Positions 61,783 to 64,000 of a stretch of DNA of 64,000 nt are shown here, one piece after another. A model generated the notes under the pieces. It was not told the origin of the DNA and searched no databases. It was given only the letters and a program-made list of their open reading frames with translations. A program made the translations under genes and the position numbers. Numbering within the stretch: position 1 is the first letter of the stretch; each line of letters opens with the position of its first letter. The stretch comes from Macrostomum lignano (taxonomy: Eukaryota), in contig NIVC01002119.1 in NCBI GenBank assembly GCA_002269645.1, forward strand, positions 107,866-171,865. Reading direction: 5' to 3'.

Positions 61783-62888
61783 CACGGACAACTTAAACTA
61801 CCGGGACGCGAAACAAACCAAATCATGGCGAAAAAAGCTGGGGGCTCGTTTGAATCTATGGGCGCCCGATTTTTCATGCATTAATTGCTTAGCTTAGCTG
61901 CTGAAAAGACTAAGGCCACAGTATTAGTTTTGCTTTAAAAGGCTCAGTAAGTTGTCTTAAAGTTTTTTTATTCAGTTTTAAATATGTTTTTTTTGAGTAC
62001 TAAAAAACGGCCGTACAGAGCACAATGACATACAATTAGACACGCGAACCTTTTCACGAAGAAAAGGTTTAAACTTAGCATGGCGTATATATCGTGGAAC
62101 GGAACTGAACATAACTTTTTTGAGGAGAAACTTATACGGGGACCTGTATACTGTATAGGAAAAACTGGGGTACTAAGCGAAAATTACATATATTTAAGCA
62201 TGTGAGATAAGCACAAGAGAAAAAAAGTTTAAAAGCATGAAATAGTGTGTGTACAAAAGTACAAGGCAACTCGTACTCGTAGAATAGAACACAGAAAATC
62301 AGGACTCAACAGAACGAATTTTAGGAGGAACCCAGATGAGGAGCAGCTAGATATGAAAGATTTCGGATTGGAAATTTGAAACTCCAAGACAGAATGCTAA
62401 AAACCATACCGCAAATTCACTGGCCTCCCAGTTTGCGTAGCTTTCTGTCCTGCGATGTAGTCGGCGCAGGTGCAACCTTCGTTGAGCGCTTTACCAGGCC
62501 TTTAAAATAAACATTCGTAAGCCGACGACTTATACTGCCATCCACGCAATACCAGCGTATGATCGCTTAGAACTAACATCCTTCTTACCTCAAAAATATT
62601 TGGTAGGGTTTGTCTCCAACGCTCCCGTTCTCGTGCATCTCAAGGAAGAGCTAATATCGTTGTTCGGCTTTCTACAGAGTTATAGTTTGATCTGCAGTTA
62701 AAAGACGCAGCACTTTCTCGACATTTTTTACAGTCGCACAAGAGTTAAGGGCGTTTTATTTGGCCTCACACCTCTTTAGACTGCAGAGTTGTAGTTGGAA
62801 CGGCCATAGAACTGCTTTCAAACGAGCCCCCAACTTTTTTCACCATGATTTGGCTTGTTTCGCGTGCCTGTAGTTTTAGTTGTCCCTG
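61783..62888 (-). mobile_element. Non-autonomous TIR DNA transposon with THAP-domain remnant and 9-bp TSD
   Basis: ~75-bp imperfect TIRs (CA(C/G)GGACAACT(T/A)AAACTAC...CGCGAAACAA...CCAAATCATGG...GGGGGCTCGTTTGAA); TSD TGCTGCACT at 61774-61782 and 62889-62897; broken ORF from ATG 62724: MSRKCCVF[fs]NCRSNYNSVESRTTILALP*DARERERWRQTLPN. Confidence 0.85.
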
Positions 62889-63344
62889 TGCTGCACTTTG
62901 TCAAGCTGGCTTCGGAGCCCAAGAGTTTGTGTAGCAACTGGATAAAGCGGGGACCGCGTGCTTCTCCAGGTTGCTCAGCCATGTGGCTCCGGTTCACCTG
63001 ACTTCACCCTGTATGACCGAAAAACTTCAGGCTCGGCGGCTGGCCGGCTACGGCTTCTCCTGCAGCGACACGGGTTGTGGCGGCGGCGGCGTCGGCCGGA
63101 CAGCCTGGCCAGGGTGCCAAGCCAGCCTGGCCTGGCTCAAAGCGAAGGCGTCGACGAGCTCCGGGAAGCGAGTACCTCAGGCGGACAGGCGGCGACCGGC
63201 CCGAGTCCCTCGACAGGCCGCCACAGCTGCTTGAGGCTGAGCCGGCCTAAGCGGAGGCCGCCACTTGCCGCAGTGACGCCGGACTCCTTCGCGTCCGTCG
63301 GTGCCGCCACGTCCACATTCGACTGCGGCAGCGCGGTGGTCGAG

Positions 63345-63860
63345 GCCAGCGTTCACATCTAGAGACCTCGCCCGCCCCTTGGAGGCCAGCTTCACATCTA
63401 GAGATCTTGCCCGCCCCTTGGAGGCCAGCTTCACATCTATAGAGACCTTTCCCGCCCCTTGGAGGCCAGCTTCACATCTATAGAGACCTTGCCCGCCCCT
63501 TGGAGGCCAGCTTCACATCTATAGAGACCTTGCCCGCCCCTTGGAGGCCAGCTTCACATCTAGAGACCTTGCCCGCCCCTTGGAGGCCAGCTTCACATCT
63601 AGAGACCTTGCCCGCCCCTTGGAGGCCAGCTTCACATCTAGAGACCTTGCCCGCCCCTTGGAGGCCAGCTTCAATCTAGAGATCTTGCCCGCCCTTGGAG
63701 GTCAGCTTCCACATCTATAGAGACCTTGCCCGCCCCTTGGTGGCCAGCTTCCACATCTATAGAGACCTTGCCCGCCCCTTGGAGGTCAGCTTCCACATCT
63801 ATAGAGACCTTGGCCGCCCTTGGGAGGCCAGCTTCATATTTAGAGACCTTGCCCGTTCAC
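63345..63860. repeat. ~39-41-bp minisatellite
   Basis: GGAGGCCAGCTTCACATCT(AT)AGAGACCTTGCCCGCCCCTT. Confidence 0.93.
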
Positions 63861-64000
63861 CCTAGAGGGCAGTTCCACATCAAGATATTAGTAGAAAGCA
63901 CATATTCAGAGCCGTTTAATGCTAGACTCTGGTTGCATTGGCAACAGTTTTTCACTAGCAGATAGTCGTGTTCAGAGGCCCGACAGCCAGAGCTATTCAA

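Overview
Eukaryotic, animal genomic DNA. GC-rich exons and minisatellite-filled introns/intergenic spacers resemble the flatworm Macrostomum lignano; this is an inference from sequence style, not a database match. Genes in order: a cluster of three intronless CYP2-clan cytochrome P450s (one cut by the window edge); a same-strand trio of an uncharacterised protein with two Myb/SANT-like repeats, an SFT2-family vesicle-transport gene and a 4-exon integrin-linked kinase (ILK); a RASL10-like small GTPase on the minus strand; and a ~27-kb, ~21-exon GABA-B receptor subunit 2-like gene. Mobile DNA includes a PIF/Harbinger deletion derivative, a TSD-flanked 5'-truncated RNase H-bearing LINE, a tRNA-derived SINE family, a THAP-remnant TIR element with a 9-bp TSD and two small foldback elements. 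About one third of the window is ~30 different tandem arrays, and the very long ORFs in the track are artefacts of these. The most interesting signal is that the SFT2 ORF has no ATG before its transmembrane domain but begins at an in-frame branch-point/3' splice site. This fits a start codon supplied by the 3'-terminal AUG of a flatworm spliced leader, possibly inside a trans-spliced operon (Myb-like - SFT2 - ILK). All splice models were built by hand and need transcript confirmation.
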